Positions 63,766 to 64,000 of a DNA stretch of 64,000 bases are shown here, piece by piece; within the stretch, counting starts at the first letter, position 1, and each line of letters begins with the position of its first letter. The DNA is taken from NCBI GenBank assembly GCA_018884035.1, contig JAHLFE010000017.1:55-64054 (forward strand). The letters are read 5' to 3'. A model generated the notes under the pieces. The model worked only from the letters and a program-made list of their open reading frames with translations. It was not told the DNA's origin and made no database searches. A program made the position numbers and the translations under genes. The stretch comes from Candidatus Anaerobiospirillum pullicola. Lineage in GTDB: Bacteria; Pseudomonadota; Gammaproteobacteria; Enterobacterales; Succinivibrionaceae.

Positions 63766-63999
63766 TTAATGGGTGACTTTCTTACCTACGAAATGCCCTA
63801 ATAATACAGGAATGTAGAGATCAGGGTACTTGTCTGTAAGGTAAGCTAAGCTCTTGATAAGAGCTGGTGGTGAGGTGTAGTAATGGTTACAGTGGTGATT
63901 TGCATTGATCGCAAGTGCGCGCGATTCAATGCCGTAATTGAGCTGGCCGTTAATGCTGATGTCTTGAATAAGCAAATGGATAGTGAGTTTAGCATCAAA
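63766..63999 (-). CDS. 3' end of an unidentified CDS running off the window edge
   Basis: The frame stays open to the window end (...FDAKLTIHLLIQDISING...KKVTH*); no motif recognised. Confidence 0.5.
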   Translation of the reverse strand, partial: FDAKLTIHLLIQDISINGQLNYGIESRALAINANHHCNHYYTSPPALIKSLAYLTDKYPDLYIPVLLGHFVGKKVTH

Positions 64000-64000
64000 G

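Overview
Chromosomal window of a gammaproteobacterium. The gene order and proteins suggest Aeromonadales/Succinivibrionaceae, Anaerobiospirillum-like; this is inference only. The housekeeping backbone is groES-groEL with a sigma32 promoter, mrcA, aroK-aroB-damX-rpe-gph-trpS, a qseBC-like pair, nudF-cpdA-yqiA, pyrC, hldE, tolC, three tRNA-Ala genes, an orphan flhB and parE. Interleaved with it are small surface-glycan islets: (1) LAB_N protein + ArnT/GT39-like transferase + UDP-glucuronate-epimerase-like gene with an in-frame TAG + GT2, split by two CatB/Vat-type acetyltransferases; (2) ACP + split transketolase; (3) rfbF-rfbG-epimerase-reductase; (4) a second reductase next to the tRNAs; (5) tandem FkbM methyltransferases. 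The most striking hidden structure is in the long intergenic regions. They hold at least six unrelated families of 120-225 bp non-coding elements. Several have terminal inverted repeats and different target-site duplications (8 bp, 5 bp, TA), one family shows covarying stem-loops, and one element is nested inside another. No transposase is present in the window. dam, pilMNOPQ and yqiB are missing from their usual syntenic positions, and microsatellite-like expansions occur both between and inside genes.
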